A stretch of DNA of 62,246 nt, filler included, from Kipferlia bialata (lineage: Eukaryota): the NCBI GenBank assembly GCA_003568945.1. It is 8 parts of 7 records of this genome, joined end to end, with 100 filler letters (N's around TTAATTAATTAA, not from the genome) between each part and the next. Parts side by side here need not be neighbours in the genome. Positions count along the whole stretch, not along the records: positions 17,913 to 30,117 come from BDIP01001118.1; positions 30,218 to 42,415 come from BDIP01001119.1; 6 more parts are not named here. The stretch is one strand, 5' to 3'. The stretch's first letter is position 1. Every line of letters begins with the position of its first letter. Of the stretch, positions 26,626 through 39,678 are shown piece by piece. The translations under genes were made by a program, and so were the position numbers. A model generated the notes under the pieces. That model was not told the DNA's origin. It ran no database searches and saw only the letters and a program-made list of their open reading frames with translations.

Positions 26626-29110
26626 GAGAGAATGCATGTACCCAGGTATGCATACTAAGATACATCTATAACAATACTTGTGCTATATATTATGAGAGTA
26701 TGAACACAGGCCAGAGACAGACTGTGGGAGGTATATTTCTTTCTCTCTCTCTCTCTCTCTCTAGCCCCCTATTAACCCACTCAGTTTGTGCAGTCTGTGG
26801 GTGAGCGTGCCTTCTGTGGGGTTGTGCAGGACACAGTCACTGAGATCATATTGGAGGCCTTATCTGCAGCAGGCAAGGACTCTACTTATCCTCATTGTTG
26901 TATGTGTTTAGTATTATGTATTATGTATTGACTGATATATATTGTATGATTACTGATATATGCTAACCCCCTAGGCACTCTCTCCACCCTCCTGACTCCC
27001 ACTGGTGACACCGACACACCCAATGCAACACCTGGGACACCAGTGGTCAAGCAGCCTGAGGTATTGATATGCATATGTATACACATTCCTATATGGGTTA
27101 TACAGGTGATTATGTATGCAAGCATTTTCCCTCTAACCCCCAGTCTGATGGCAACCAGTCCATAGTGAGGGAGCACAAGTACACTCCCCTCCCCCTCGAC
27201 GCCTCTGCCATCCTAGCACTGTTCAAGTTCCCATCGCTGCCCTCTAGGGGTGTAGCACTGGCTACTAAGGTACTCACTCTCGTGTAACTATGTTGGGTCA
27301 GACTTCCTCTGGTTATCGTGTAATTGCCTCCACTATTTATGGTGTTTCCTGTGCTATCGTGTAGTGTTTCTTACTCCAGGGCCTGGCTGATGGCATTGCC
27401 TCTAGTGAGGGCCCAGTTAAACATATTGATTCACATCAAATATAGTAATATGTATACTACTTTAGTACTATTGGGTAGTTATTTCTCACTCCAGGGCCTG
27501 GCTGATGACATTGCATCCTGTGAGGGCCCAGTTGAGACTGCCTCCTTGGTCATAGCAAGGAGGGCAATGATCACACTGCTACAGGTTAGTGAGATCATAG
27601 TATCAGTATATATATACGAATATGTATGTATGGTATGGGTATATGTATATTTTCACGTGGGGGACAGACCTGTATATATATATATATATATATATGTAGA
27701 GAGAGAGAGAGAGAGATGCTGACTCCTCCACTTCCTGACCCCCGAGGGTACCATTGAATTATGTGACATATAAATATATATAATAATAATATATATAATG
27801 TTGTTTGTGTATGTGTGTATAGGGAGAGATATTGACTCCAGGTCCTGACCCCTGAGGGCACCATCGCCCCCAGGAGTGCCAGCAGTGGTCTAACCGAGGC
27901 ACTGCAGCAGTACTATTACCAGGTATCGGGAGAGATATGTGTATTATATTGAAGTATGATTGAAGTATGACCGAATTCTCTACCTTACCCTAGCACCAGG
28001 CCCACTTTTCCATCTTCATCTCTCTCTCCATATATATACATACATACATAATATATATATATATATGTGTATGTGTGTGTGTACGTCTAACCCCAGCACC
28101 AGGCCCACTTCTCCATCGGCGCAGTGCTCAAGGACGTGGTGCTACACTCACTAAGCAGCAGCACAAGTACAACCACACCTATAGAGGAGGGAGAGGACAC
28201 GTCTCTACAGTCCCTACAGTACTGGAACGATGTCCACTCCTCTACTAAGGGAGAGAGAGAGATCGAGGCTGATGCTGTACCCTGGGGTGCCCTTGTCTAT
28301 GCACCCAGGCTCAGTGACCCAACAGCACTGGACACAGAGGCATTGAGGGGGCAGCTCAATGTGAACCCAATCACAAGGTATACTGCACATTGTTTGTATG
28401 TAGGAGTGTATATGTATACCCATATGACCCCAGGCACTACTTTGGGGGTCCAGACAGAGACAGGATGTCTGTGGAACTGTTGACACCAGACTCGACAATG
28501 GCCAGGTATTGATACACATACACCATATAGTATATACATATATACGCTACTATACAGTATATATATGTATATATACATGTATAGGGGGAGAGTGTATCAG
28601 TGGATATGGAACTGTTGACACCAGACCAGACTCGACAATGGCCAAGTATCCATACTATACAGTATGTATTATCTTCATTCCCAAATCATCTATTGTCCAC
28701 CGCCGTCTCTTCGAGGACTCTGCAATATATACAGTATATATATAATTATGTATATATTGTAGTGCTATGTAGTATTATTCTATTCCTAACCATCTAGGGT
28801 GCACCACCGCCTCTCTGAGGCCTCTGCTGTGCTGCAGACAACAGACACAGACTCGGTGGCACAGGTATTGAATATATGATAGCCGCTAAGGTATTAAGAG
28901 GTGTTATGTTCATGAATATTTGTTTATGAGTAGTATGCTGTATATATTCATTTCTCACCTAAGGTCCACTCCCCCGTCCTCCTCTCTCTCTCTCTCTTTT
29001 TCTCTATCTCTCTCTCTCTATTCATTACCGTACATCTTTACCTCATGTTCACTCCTCCGTGACACTGACACCCCATATTAGTATATACACATTCGAGTAT
29101 TTTCCACATA

Positions 29111-29147
<37 letters not shown>

Positions 29148-29274
29148 TTCTCACCATAGGTCCACTCCTCCCTCCTCCTCGCTCTCTCTCTCTCTCTCTC
29201 TCTATTCATTTGTGTATTATATATCTTTACCTCAGGTCCACTCGTCTATCCTGTGTGACACTGACACCCACAAG

Positions 29275-29322
<48 letters not shown>

Positions 29323-30117
29323 TCATTAATCTCTATTCAATAATATATATATACCTTCTTCTTACCACAGGTCCACTCCTCCATCACCGATACCCACAAG
29401 GCAGGGTCATATTCATATATATATATATATGTATATGTAATACTATATACATACCTTTACTCCAGGTCCACTCCTCCATCACTGATACCCACAAGGCAGG
29501 GAGGGATGCAGACCTATACACCCATACATACATGTGTATATATGTACGAATATTATATATCTTTAACCCAGGTCCACTCGTCTATTCTGCGTGACACTGA
29601 CCCCCACAAGGCAGGGAGGGATGCAGAGAGTGACACCAAGAGATTCAACATGGTGGTGGTGCTCTACATACCCGTGGACAGCATCAGAACAGGTATTCTA
29701 TGTACATGCCTGCTTATGTATCTCGTTGTATGTTCTTCTCTCTATTCCATATCTCACCCCAGGCTCTGTGCCCCTGTGCCTGACCCCCCCTGGCTGGTTC
29801 AGCACATATGTCACAAACCCATTCCACCATGTAAGTATGGTATATATATACCCATTCCACCACGTAAGTATTGTATATATACATGCACATGTATCATGTA
29901 TTCGTCTATACTTACCCTCTATATAAGTATGTATATATATATATGCTGGTTCAGCACATACGTCACTAACCCATTCCATCATGTAAGAATGGTATATATA
30001 CACTAGTATATGCGTCATGTATTTGTATACACTTACCCTCTCTATATATATGTATATATATATGCCTCCCCCCCCCCCCCCTGTCAGCACAGACGTCACT
30101 AACCCATTCCATCACGT
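17913..30117 (+). CDS. Internal fragment of a very large, many-exon gene with an AAA+-like P-loop (midasin/dynein-related style)
   Basis: Spliced exons 18309-18402 and 18532-18600 give GDPVLIRGGRGTGKS (Walker A); 20352-20465 gives a Walker-B-like LVVLDTVD. Dozens of further short exons lie on the same strand. Confidence 0.6.
21990..22690 (+). repeat. Array of 7 diverged copies of an acceptor plus exon 5' end (GIGLGEAYTLGSN), separated by (CT)n
   Basis: Copies start at about 21990, 22088, 22196, 22337, 22434, 22527 and 22629 (the last is the intact exon). Confidence 0.92.
24655..25200 (+). repeat. Array of 6 copies of an exon 3' end plus GT donor
   Basis: ACAAGGGACAGGGACGAGGAGGCNGGRAGGAG|gta ending at 24689 (intact exon), 24796, 24910, 24995, 25112 and 25197. 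Confidence 0.92.
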
Positions 30118-30217
30118 NNNNNNNNNNNNNNNNNNNNNNNNNNNNNNNNNNNNNNNNNNNNTTAATTAATTAANNNNNNNNNNNNNNNNNNNNNNNNNNN
30201 NNNNNNNNNNNNNNNNN
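30118..30217. other. Artificial contig linker
   Basis: Same linker. Confidence 0.99.
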
Positions 30218-30265
<48 letters not shown>

Positions 30266-30271
30266 ACTCAC

Positions 30272-30853
30272 CCCACTATGAATGGTGACCCTAGGGCATC
30301 TCGCACTCTGAGGTTGGCTAGTTCTCTTTGGAGGTAGACAAGGGATGCTGGGAACTGATGGGAAGAGAGAAAGAGAAGGGGGGGGGGGAGAGACAGAGAT
30401 AGAGAGAAGTAGAGATAGGGGGTGGGGGTGGGGGGCTGCATACCTGCTGATTTGGCTCTATCAGTTTGCATGCATAGGACTGACCGCCCCTCTCAGCCTG
30501 GAGGTTATAGGGAGGGGGAGATAAGTGGATGAAGAGAGAGCAGTAATCAAGAGAGAATGTCATGATGATGAGTATTATGAGTATGATAATGTACAATAAC
30601 CTCCCACCTTCACCACCACACCGAAGGAACCCTCCCCCAGGAACTCTGTGATGGTGAAGATCCCACTCAGTGAGACTCTCCTGGGGTGAGAGGGCATTAT
30701 AAGGGCACTAATGACAATGGTGTATTCATCAAGGACACGTCGAGTGAGATGCATGCAAAGTATATGTGTATAGGTCTGTATGGGGGGCCTGACATATAAT
30801 AACCTGAACTTTTTCATGTCCAGGCACTCTCCTAGAGGCTGAGAGTCAGCCAT
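30272..30853 (-). CDS. Ser/Thr protein kinase, 5' part only
   Basis: Spliced FLGEGSFGVVVKAERGGQSYACKLIE...YLQRELANL (subdomains I-III). Confidence 0.85.
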
Positions 30854-31259
30854 TCTAGCCTATAAATAGGCCCAGAAAGACACAGTGGAGGGTCGTCTGA
30901 TATCATGTAGTTTTTGCTTCACAGAGAAAAGGGTGTAGCGATAGTACCGAGGAATATTATAATACTTCGTCAACAAAGAGATATGCCATTCACAACAGCA
31001 CGCATATATACAAGGATTATTGACACACCATCTGTAAAACTCATCTATTCCTAACTATAACAATACCAGTCCTCTCATACCAACGCATGTCAGCATGTAA
31101 CTCTGAGGACCAATCGATCACAAACAATTATCTCATTCAACATTCTCCAATACAACCTTCAACCACGTGTTCCACACGTGCACTCGTGTCATCTACAGTG
31201 ACTCTAGTAGGCCCACTACTCATGTCCCCTACATCTAGAGAGACCACTGTAATAGTCCC

Positions 31260-34200
31260 TTAGTACACCTTCTTGATGGCGGTGGCCAGGAGGAGGGGGT
31301 TGCGCCAGTAGGGGCTGACGGGGATGACCTAGGGTCAGGGACAATAGTACGTATCCACAGAACGAGTACATAGAACAGCACATAGAGAGTGATAGTATGG
31401 ACCTCCTTCTAGCAGAAGTATGTATGTATACATATAGTGAATAGGATGCAGTATGTAAGGTACCTTCTTGTCCTTGCACCCTGCCAGTCCGTACACAGCC
31501 ATCCTGGCGGCCCTGACAGACATCTCCTCAGTAAAGGACATCTCGTCCTCAATCTCTACGTACCTGAGAGTAAGACATATTCACATACATACATATATAT
31601 ACACATATACTGAGAGAGAGAGAGAGACGGACATCTCGTCCTTAATATAGACATACCTAAGGGTTAAGTGAGAGAGAGAGAGAGATAGAGGCAGAGAGAG
31701 ACACCACGTACTGTCCAATCATGGCCAGGTTGGTAGAACCCTCAGGGATCACAGGGGGACGGTCGGCCATGGCACTAGGGGTGAGATCCATATATACGAA
31801 GGCACCTACACAATACAAGGGAGTAAACTAGTTAGTGAGTTCATGTATATATATATGCATATATATATATATACCCACCGGTTGTTGAAGTGTGCATCGA
31901 TGTATGGCATGGAGCATGGGATCACATTGACGATGTCCTGCTCGTGGCCCTGGGGGGTGAGACAATACACACATTACTACCCACTCTGACAAGTATTTGA
32001 TACTATAACAAGGATTGAGTAATGTGACTAGAACCTACACGTACCTCCATCCTGAGGTGGCTCATGAGTTCAGTAAAGATGTCTGCACCGGTGGCCTCCC
32101 TGACAGTCTTGTTGACATAGTCACCTGGGTCAGCAGGAGTATCAGTACAGTATATCAGTCAGTGTATGTACTGATATAGACATAGTCACCTGTGATGTCT
32201 GTGTGCAGCATGTATCCCCAGAACACAGTCTGGTTCTTGGGCTGGCCCCTGGGGGTTAGACACTCATACTATGATGTGTATATGATATGTATGTGTATTC
32301 ACTATATATATAGCACAGTCTGGTTCTTGACCTGGCCCCATATATATGTTTCAGCCAGTGAACATCCATAGTCAGTATATATGGTAGAACCACTACATAC
32401 ACTCTACACATATAGAGTGTACCTGAAGTGTGGCTGGGCAGGTACAACGATGGACATGCGCCACCTGGGGGTGAGGGGACATATAAGGTTAAGTAGAGAG
32501 CACTAAAGGGGACACACACATAGAGAGAAAGTAGAACGTCTACTGCCTGGGGGTGAGGGAAAAGAGGCAACGAGCTATATATACATGAGATAGAAGGAGA
32601 GAGAGAGACTCTCACACCTAGAGTCCACCAGTGTGCACAGAGCACCGGAGCCTGGCACATTGCCAGAAAAGGCCTCGATCTCCTAGGGTATCAGCAAGGG
32701 TATCTAAAATCTCAGATAGATTTGAATGCGTGTCCACATGGTATACACATATATAGATAGAGAGAGACAGAGTATAGTGTGTTACCTTGAGCAGTCTGTT
32801 TCCCTTCATGGTCACTGTGAATGAGTGCCAGTAGGACTCCTCCCACTTGCCTGGGGGTAAGAGGATACCTATTATAAATATGTATATATATATATACTAC
32901 TGCACAAGTGAGGGGACATCCACTATCCCAACCTGCGAATGGCTCTGGGTAATGGTCCTATTACTAATGGATACACAATAATGGATGAATATTTGTATAC
33001 TGCAAATCATTATACCTCATACTAAGTATATAAATATGTACATAGGAGTATATATATATGAGACCTAATACGTATATATATATTTATATTTACATACATA
33101 AAAATAGTATATGTATATGAGACCTCATACACTTATCATACCTGCGAATGGCTCTGGGTTGCCAAACACACCCTCCCTCTTGGTGCAGAGCTTCCTCCAG
33201 AGGTCAAAGGACTGGGGGTGAGACATAAGGGATTGGCGCATTACTCACAGAGAAATAATGAACCATACACCACGTAGAGTATCTATATATGTGTATGGAT
33301 ATATATACCTTGGGGTTCTCTGGGGCAGGGGGTGCGGCATGGGTGAGGTCACCCAGGACAGCACAGTCACACATGGCGCCTGGGGGTAAGGTATATATAT
33401 ACACTAGTATATATACATTTAGAGAGAGAGAGGGGGAGGGGGAGAGAGATGTATATGCATGCACATACCGTTAGTGATGCAGCACATGTCCTGGGGTCTG
33501 AGTGTGATGGTCTCTGGGGTGCCTCTCCTCTCGATGGACAGACCAGTCACAGTGATGCCTAGGGGTGAGGATAGATGAGGAGACATTGAGGGAGATCTGG
33601 GAGAAAACACAAATACATACACATGTCAGTAAATGGGATGATGGTAATGCACAATGTACCTTCGCCTGGTGCCAGAGTGACGTCCTTGACGAGGCAGCCC
33701 AGCTGGAAGTCGACGTTCTCACCCTGAGGTCAGTGACATGACGGCGGAGTATTCAAGATAGAACTTGCATATACAGGATGTGTGAAATTATATATATACA
33801 TCATTACCTCGAGGTGCCTCTGGAGAGGCCTGATGACAGACTCGTACTGGTTGAGAGGGGTCCTGGCAACGGCACCCAGGGTGTCAAACTTGTTGAAGAA
33901 CTTGATGCACCTGGAGTGAGAGAGGGAGTGATAGAGAGAGAGAGAGATGGAGAGGGAGAGACAGAGGGAGAGAGCATGCTATTTGCTGAAGAACTTGATG
34001 CAGCTGGAGTGAGAAAGTATGGTACTGTAAGTACTAATATAAGGCGGTGATAAGAGGGAGAGTACCCCCACCTGCGCATGTATCTCTTCATATTGAACAC
34101 TGTATATACACGTATCTACAGAAAGACAGAGACTAGAATATATACATGCACAGATATAGAGAGATGAGGTGAGAGAGATGGAGACTCCACCGGCGCATGT

Positions 34201-35182
34201 ATCTCTTCATCTCAAAGACCGAGGACCAGGGCTGGAAGGCAAAGGTGGTCTGCCACATGAACCAGAAGTTGGTCTGGGGTGAGGGAGAGGAAGATACGGG
34301 GGGGGGGTATACTGCTGCATATGGTAGAGTGTGAGAATGTTACATGCATATATATATATATATAGAGAGAGAAAGAGAGAGAGAGACCGACCTTGTAGAA
34401 GTGGGGGTGACCACCAAAGAAGTCATCGATGGACACGTTGTCAAGGCTGGGGGTGAGACAGTGGTACGACACAGAGAAGACTGCACTGACACGAGTGGCA
34501 ACATGTAGTCCTATCCAAACACACCTCTTGTAGGACACTGTGGACAGCTTGGCCAGCATACATATCTATACATATATCAATACAAATACATATATATATA
34601 TATATATACATATACAAAGGTGTATATGTATACCTCTTGTAGGACACTGTGGACAGCTTGGCCAGCAGCATGCGGCACTTGTTGCACAGACCTAGGGTCA
34701 GAGAGGTGAGAGAGGGAGAGAGAGACCACAGAGTATCACATGTACTCTGCAATACGTGGTGAATATATATATATATAAGCATACACACATACCCATGTCT
34801 GTGGCCTCCAGGATGTTCCTGTCCTTGTCCACGAGTGTATCACTGTATAGTATATATACATACACATATATAGTATGTATATACATACACATACCCATGT
34901 CTGTGGCCTCCAGGATGTGCCTGTCCTTGTCGACCAGTCTGGCACTGGAGCAGGTGGGGTGGGCGGCGTCAAAGGCCACAATCTCCTGAGGGGTTAGAGA
35001 GAGAGAGAGAGAGATAGAGGTGGGGTGGGCAACGTCAAAGGGCACAATCTCCTTGAGGTCAGATACACAGTCAAATAGAGAGAGAGAGAGAGAGAGAGAA
35101 AGACGTGGGATAGGCGGCTTCAATGGCAACACTCCAGGGGGGTTAGAGAGAGGGAGACCGTGCGGAATATATGTGTGTGGGG

Positions 35183-35216
<34 letters not shown>

Positions 35217-35333
35217 CTGTACCTCGTATGTGCTCTTTCCGAGCTGGTCGATGGAGGGTGTGGTGCTGAGGAGGTCCCAGAAGTTCTCGTAGAGGTCGAG
35301 GTTGAGCATGCGTCCACCACGGCAGACAAAGCC
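31260..35333 (-). CDS. ohyA: Oleate hydratase (MCRA family) coding region, about 19 short exons
   Basis: GFVCRGGRMLN..YENFWDLLSTTPS, TNFWFMWQTTFAFQPWSSVFEMKRY, RTPLNQYESVIRPL, SFTEEMSVRAARMAVYGL. TAA at 31260. Confidence 0.92.
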
Positions 35334-35396
35334 CTGAGGGTTAGAGAGAGAGGAACATGGGAGACAGGTAGTGGTATATATGGGGATGGGCGAGGG

Positions 35397-35433
<37 letters not shown>

Positions 35434-35447
35434 GTTTCCCCCCCAAA

Positions 35448-35480
<33 letters not shown>

Positions 35481-35519
35481 AATACATGGCGATCCTACAG
35501 TGGCAGACTCACTCCATAC

Positions 35520-36567
35520 CTCCTCGAACTCCTTGGCCTCGTCCAGAGCCTCTCTGGCGTCCTGCCTCTCGGCCCTGACACCCCCAAGGTACCCGGCAAG
35601 GTTCTCGTACACAGCCAGACAGAACCCAACCACACCTCCACACAGGTCCAGCACCAGGCCCTGCACATACAGCCATGCCATGATGAGGGAGGCCCACACA
35701 GAGTAGAGCACCCCGTAGTGTCCCTCTGCGTCCCCGTCCTCGTCCTCTGTCAGCTCCTCAAGGGCAGACATGGGCTCGATGTCCTCCATCTGTACCAGGG
35801 GCTCAGCAGCCTCAGCACTCTCCTCTCTCTCCTCGGGGGCCTCGACCTCCTCCTCCCTTGCCTCCTCCTGAGTCTCACGGACAGAGGGGGAGACCTGGGC
35901 TGCAGACTCAGGAGCCGGGGGCACGACAGTTGGGGTCATCTCCTGCTCATCGACACCTAGAGGACGGGTGTGGTCACCAAACGCAAACTTGGGCTTCACC
36001 CCACTGCGAGCAGCCCTGAAGTTAGACGTATGTGATGGATCACTAAACAGATCCTAGGTTGAACTAGAAGAATACCAAAGTGACTCGTTTTGTGGAAATA
36101 CTCGCCATACCTCGCCTGAAGGAAAGGAGACTGGCCCATCAGTGCAGCACGAAGCTCGCTGAGGGTAAGACTTGCGCCGATGATAATAAAATTCACCAAC
36201 GTGTGTCAAATTAGAGATATAGCTGCCTGAAGTTGTTCACTCACCCACTCTGGTCCTGTGCTAACTTGCGGTAGAGTTCCCTGGTGTGGTCTGTAACCTT
36301 CATCTCAACCTCTGAATCAGAGCTGCACTCCTCATACACTAGCCCTGCAGTGGAAGGGGGTCTAACGTTGGAGTTGTGAGCAGGGGATCCAGAGTACGCC
36401 TGGTGCAGATTGCTCACAGTGGGTGTTGCATCATCGTCTGCTGCACCATAATCGAAGGCAACTCCGTAAGCTGGCGTGCTAGCCACTCCCATTTGCTGCT
36501 CACCACCTGAGCCGGAGCTCTCATCATCTGAACCGTCCTCCTTCGGCTTTAAGAAGCTGGAGAACAT
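35520..36567 (-). CDS. Three-exon acidic/low-complexity region with a hydrophobic segment; either the N-terminal extension of the oleate hydratase or a different gene mis-joined at a poly-G tract
   Basis: Exons 36245-36567, 36111-36158 and 35520-36015 join in frame from the ATG and end in phase 0, matching the first hydratase exon. Confidence 0.7.
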
Positions 36568-37208
36568 CTTGTGGTCTTTAAGGACTCTCCTTTTTGCTCC
36601 AAGAGCCGTTGTACCTCCTTACAGGCCACAAGAATGCCACTAGAAGTGTAGCCGCAAGACCGCCACTCTGATTATCTATTGCATCAAAAATCTCGACTTG
36701 GACCCTTATTTCGCCCAAGAATAAGGGTTGACTTAATGCAAGGGAAAAAACAACCAGCTTTATCATACTCTTTACTGAGATGATTGTTGTGGTGAGTATT
36801 CCTGGCCTGCTTGTGGTTGTTTGGGGTTACATCACCCCCTTGGTTGTTTGAACTGTCCCTGACCCCAGATTCAGCCCACGGCCGGACGCTCCTTCGAGAT
36901 AGATATTCCAAGGTATTTACGCTGTCACGGACGGACAATTCATAAGAAGCCATTTCAATACCAACCCGGATCGGGTGCTGCCTCTCTCGGCTAATGCTTA
37001 GTTAGTTCGCATTTGTTGTTGCAGTTGAGTGTCCGTAGTCTAAAGTCTTGTAACGGTTACAATGTAACCGTAGACCTATCAGAGAATGTCTATTGTGTCT
37101 GGATTCATCGACAACCCTGATTGATTCATTATGCGATATTCATACATTGTATTTTCATATTACTTTGTCGTAGAGGTAGGTAGATCGTTATGTCTTTCCT
37201 GACCACAG

Positions 37209-37553
37209 GGAGGCTCGTGTACAGGATGTGAAGAAGATCATCCAGGAGCGTACAGGTAACAGGAATGGAGAGACTCTTCAATTTATTCTCACTGAAGATC
37301 TCTTCTCATCGAGCAGGGGTAGACGTCGCCCAACTTGGTTTGCTCTATATGGGCAGGGTGTTGAGGAATAGTGACAAGGTATAATAGAATTACTATATTG
37401 ATATATAGGTGTTTCCTGGCCGTGACTCATCTCAGATTGAAGGGTCCGTGACCCCTGGTTCCACTGTACACATGGTCATCAACTACAGGTATGTATAATG
37501 ACATGGATATCTACATCACAGGATATTCCGTCTCTGACACTAGGGCAGCTTGA
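37209..37553 (+). CDS. Small ubiquitin-like protein (first exon not resolved)
   Basis: Four micro-exons give EARVQDVKKIIQERTGVDVAQLGLLYMGRVLRNSDKIEGSVTPGSTVHMVINYRAA*. Confidence 0.75.
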
Positions 37554-37931
37554 GCATGTCTTTAGCGAGTGTGTCTGAAGCTCATTCCTTTTGTTGTCAG
37601 TTTGTCACCTCTGATTCGGTGACTGTGAGTGGCTTGCATATTGATGCTGAGTCACCGCCAAGTGTTTGGTTTTTGTCTTTCTGTGTATATTCATCCCGAT
37701 ATCCCCTGAGAGGTATGAGTAAATGTGTTTACAAAGGTAGTGATAGAGTTACGGTTTAAGATGGACACATACTATACTAGATAGCAGCCTGCTTTGCAAT
37801 TCTCCTAGAATGATCTTCACCCCAAACAGCCTAACCCGCAACCACACAATAAAAATGAAAAGACTTCACCTACCACAACAACAGAGTATTCCACCAAACC
37901 CTACTCGCACCAAAAAAGAACTTCACTCTAT

Positions 37932-38497
37932 TTACTCCACAAGGTAAACCTCGATGGACACACCAGCCTCGATGTCGAGCTTGGAGGTCTGGGGTTAGGC
38001 AAGTACATACACAATACACTAACACAAAGCAAAGAAGAAAGAGATCAAAAGAGATAACAATTCTTACGTACGATCCTCTTCACAGTCTCGACGTCAGTCT
38101 TGATCTGGAAGTAACGCTTGTGGACGCGCATCTGCCAGTGGTCGTAGGTGTTGGTTCCGTTACCGCAAGGGGACTTGCGGGTGGTGATGGCCAGGTGGCG
38201 GGTGGGCAGTCTGATGGGTCCCTTACGGGAGGAGATGGACTTGCGGATGAACTGGTTTGACTGGTTCACGATGTCCCTGCAGACTGATGTCAGAAACACC
38301 TCAATAACAAGCCAAGACTAGCTACCCACCCGCCCAATGGCACTATAGATCCCAAAAGAGCCACGAAACATAACAAAAACTCGAAAACAACACGTACCCT
38401 TCTCAAGGGCCTCCACGTTACGGGATGTCAGCGCGATGCGGATGTTAAGCATCTCACGCTGGGCTGGGGCATGCTCCTTCTTCTTGTCGACAACCAT
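37932..38497 (-). CDS. RPS20: 40S ribosomal protein S20 (uS10), 3 exons
   Basis: IRIALTSRNVEALEKVC...KGPIRLPTRHLAITTRKSPCGNGTNTYDHWQMRVHKR. Confidence 0.97.
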
Positions 38498-38703
38498 CTC
38501 TCGAGAATGACCAAAAAAGCTAGGGCACTCAAGGCCTAAGATGCTGCTCGCCAATATCCGACGATTCTGTCGGAGAATTACCGGCAAACCTTTTTTTTAG
38601 CTGTTGCATATAACTGAACAGGTCGGAGCAATCCGGGAAATAGTCGGAAAAGTGTGAGAACAAAGCAGATAGTTGCCAGGTCGCTCTTTGGATTCTGGAA
38701 AAG
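38498..38703. promoter_or_regulatory. Putative bidirectional promoter between RPS20 and RPL44
   Basis: 206 bp between divergent ATGs, with a T-tract and several TCGGA/CCGG motifs. Confidence 0.6.
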
Positions 38704-39275
38704 ATGGTAAGTGAGGGGTGTGTGAGGTGTTATGGGAGCTGAGGAGTGGTGCATGGGTGTCGAGGGTGTGTTTGGCAGTGCTGGATGGATATGGGTTGTT
38801 TCAGGCGTGTTTTGATCCTAGGTTCACTATCCCAAGACCCGCCGTACCTTCTGCCCTCGTGAGAACAAGCACACTGTGCACAAGGTGTCTCAGTACAAGA
38901 AGGCCAAGGACTCCCTTGCTCCCCAGGGAAAGCGCCGTTACGACCGCAAGCAGCGCGGATTCGGTGGACAGACCAAGCCCGTGTTCCACAAGAAGGCCAA
39001 GACCACCAAGAAGGTGCTGCTCAAGCTTGAGTGCAAGGACTGCAAGCACAAGCAGTACGCCGTGCTTAAGAGGTGCCACGTACGTCACTTGTGTGTATAT
39101 AACATAATGTGTGTATATAAGTGGGATTTGAGTATTGTGTAATGTCTTTGTTTATGTATCATTGTTGAAGGGTTTCTGTCTATGTTTACTACTATTAGCT
39201 TTTCTCACCCTTCAGAAGCTGGACATCACCGACAAGGCCAAGGCCAAGACCAAGGGTGCCGCTATCCAGTTCTAA
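38704..39275 (+). CDS. RPL44: 60S ribosomal protein L44/L36a (eL42), 3 exons; the first coding exon is the ATG only
   Basis: Exons 38704-38706, 38822-39079, 39216-39275; [30 protein letters not shown]. Confidence 0.97.
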
Positions 39276-39678
39276 ATCTGTTGAGCTGTATTGCCGTGTT
39301 GCTGTGTGTTTGATATCGTCCTTTGGGATGGTTTAGAATAGATAGTCAGAGGAGAATCAGGTCTATTAGGTGTGGAGTATGCGTGTCTGTTGGTTTATTC
39401 ATTACTTGTGGATAGTTGTGTCTTGGACAATGACACGAGTCGTCACTTGGCCTTGTCCTCAGACTAGTATGTTTTGCTTATACTCACTTGTGTGACTGCT
39501 AACATATAAGACAGAGTGGTTTGATCAAGCATCGCCCCTGTCTTCGACCAGTGCTCGTTCTCTGGATTAATCTACGTTTCTCAACTACGGCACCTGCAAC
39601 ATGTTGATCTTTTCTGAACAAATTGTGTGGCAAAAATATGGCTGAGGCAATACTTCTTTCTCTTCAAGTCATCTTGAC

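Noticed and set aside
17913..30117. Many short YIYI/SLSL/RERE ORFs
   Set aside because: Translations of (TA)n, (CT)n and (GA)n intronic microsatellites.
30921..30945. ACAGAGA box suggesting U6 snRNA
   Set aside because: Not followed by the conserved AGAUUAGCAUGG/internal stem-loop region.
35334..35519. Poly-proline segment in the 433-aa ORF
   Set aside because: Translation of an intronic poly-C tract bounded by a donor and an acceptor.
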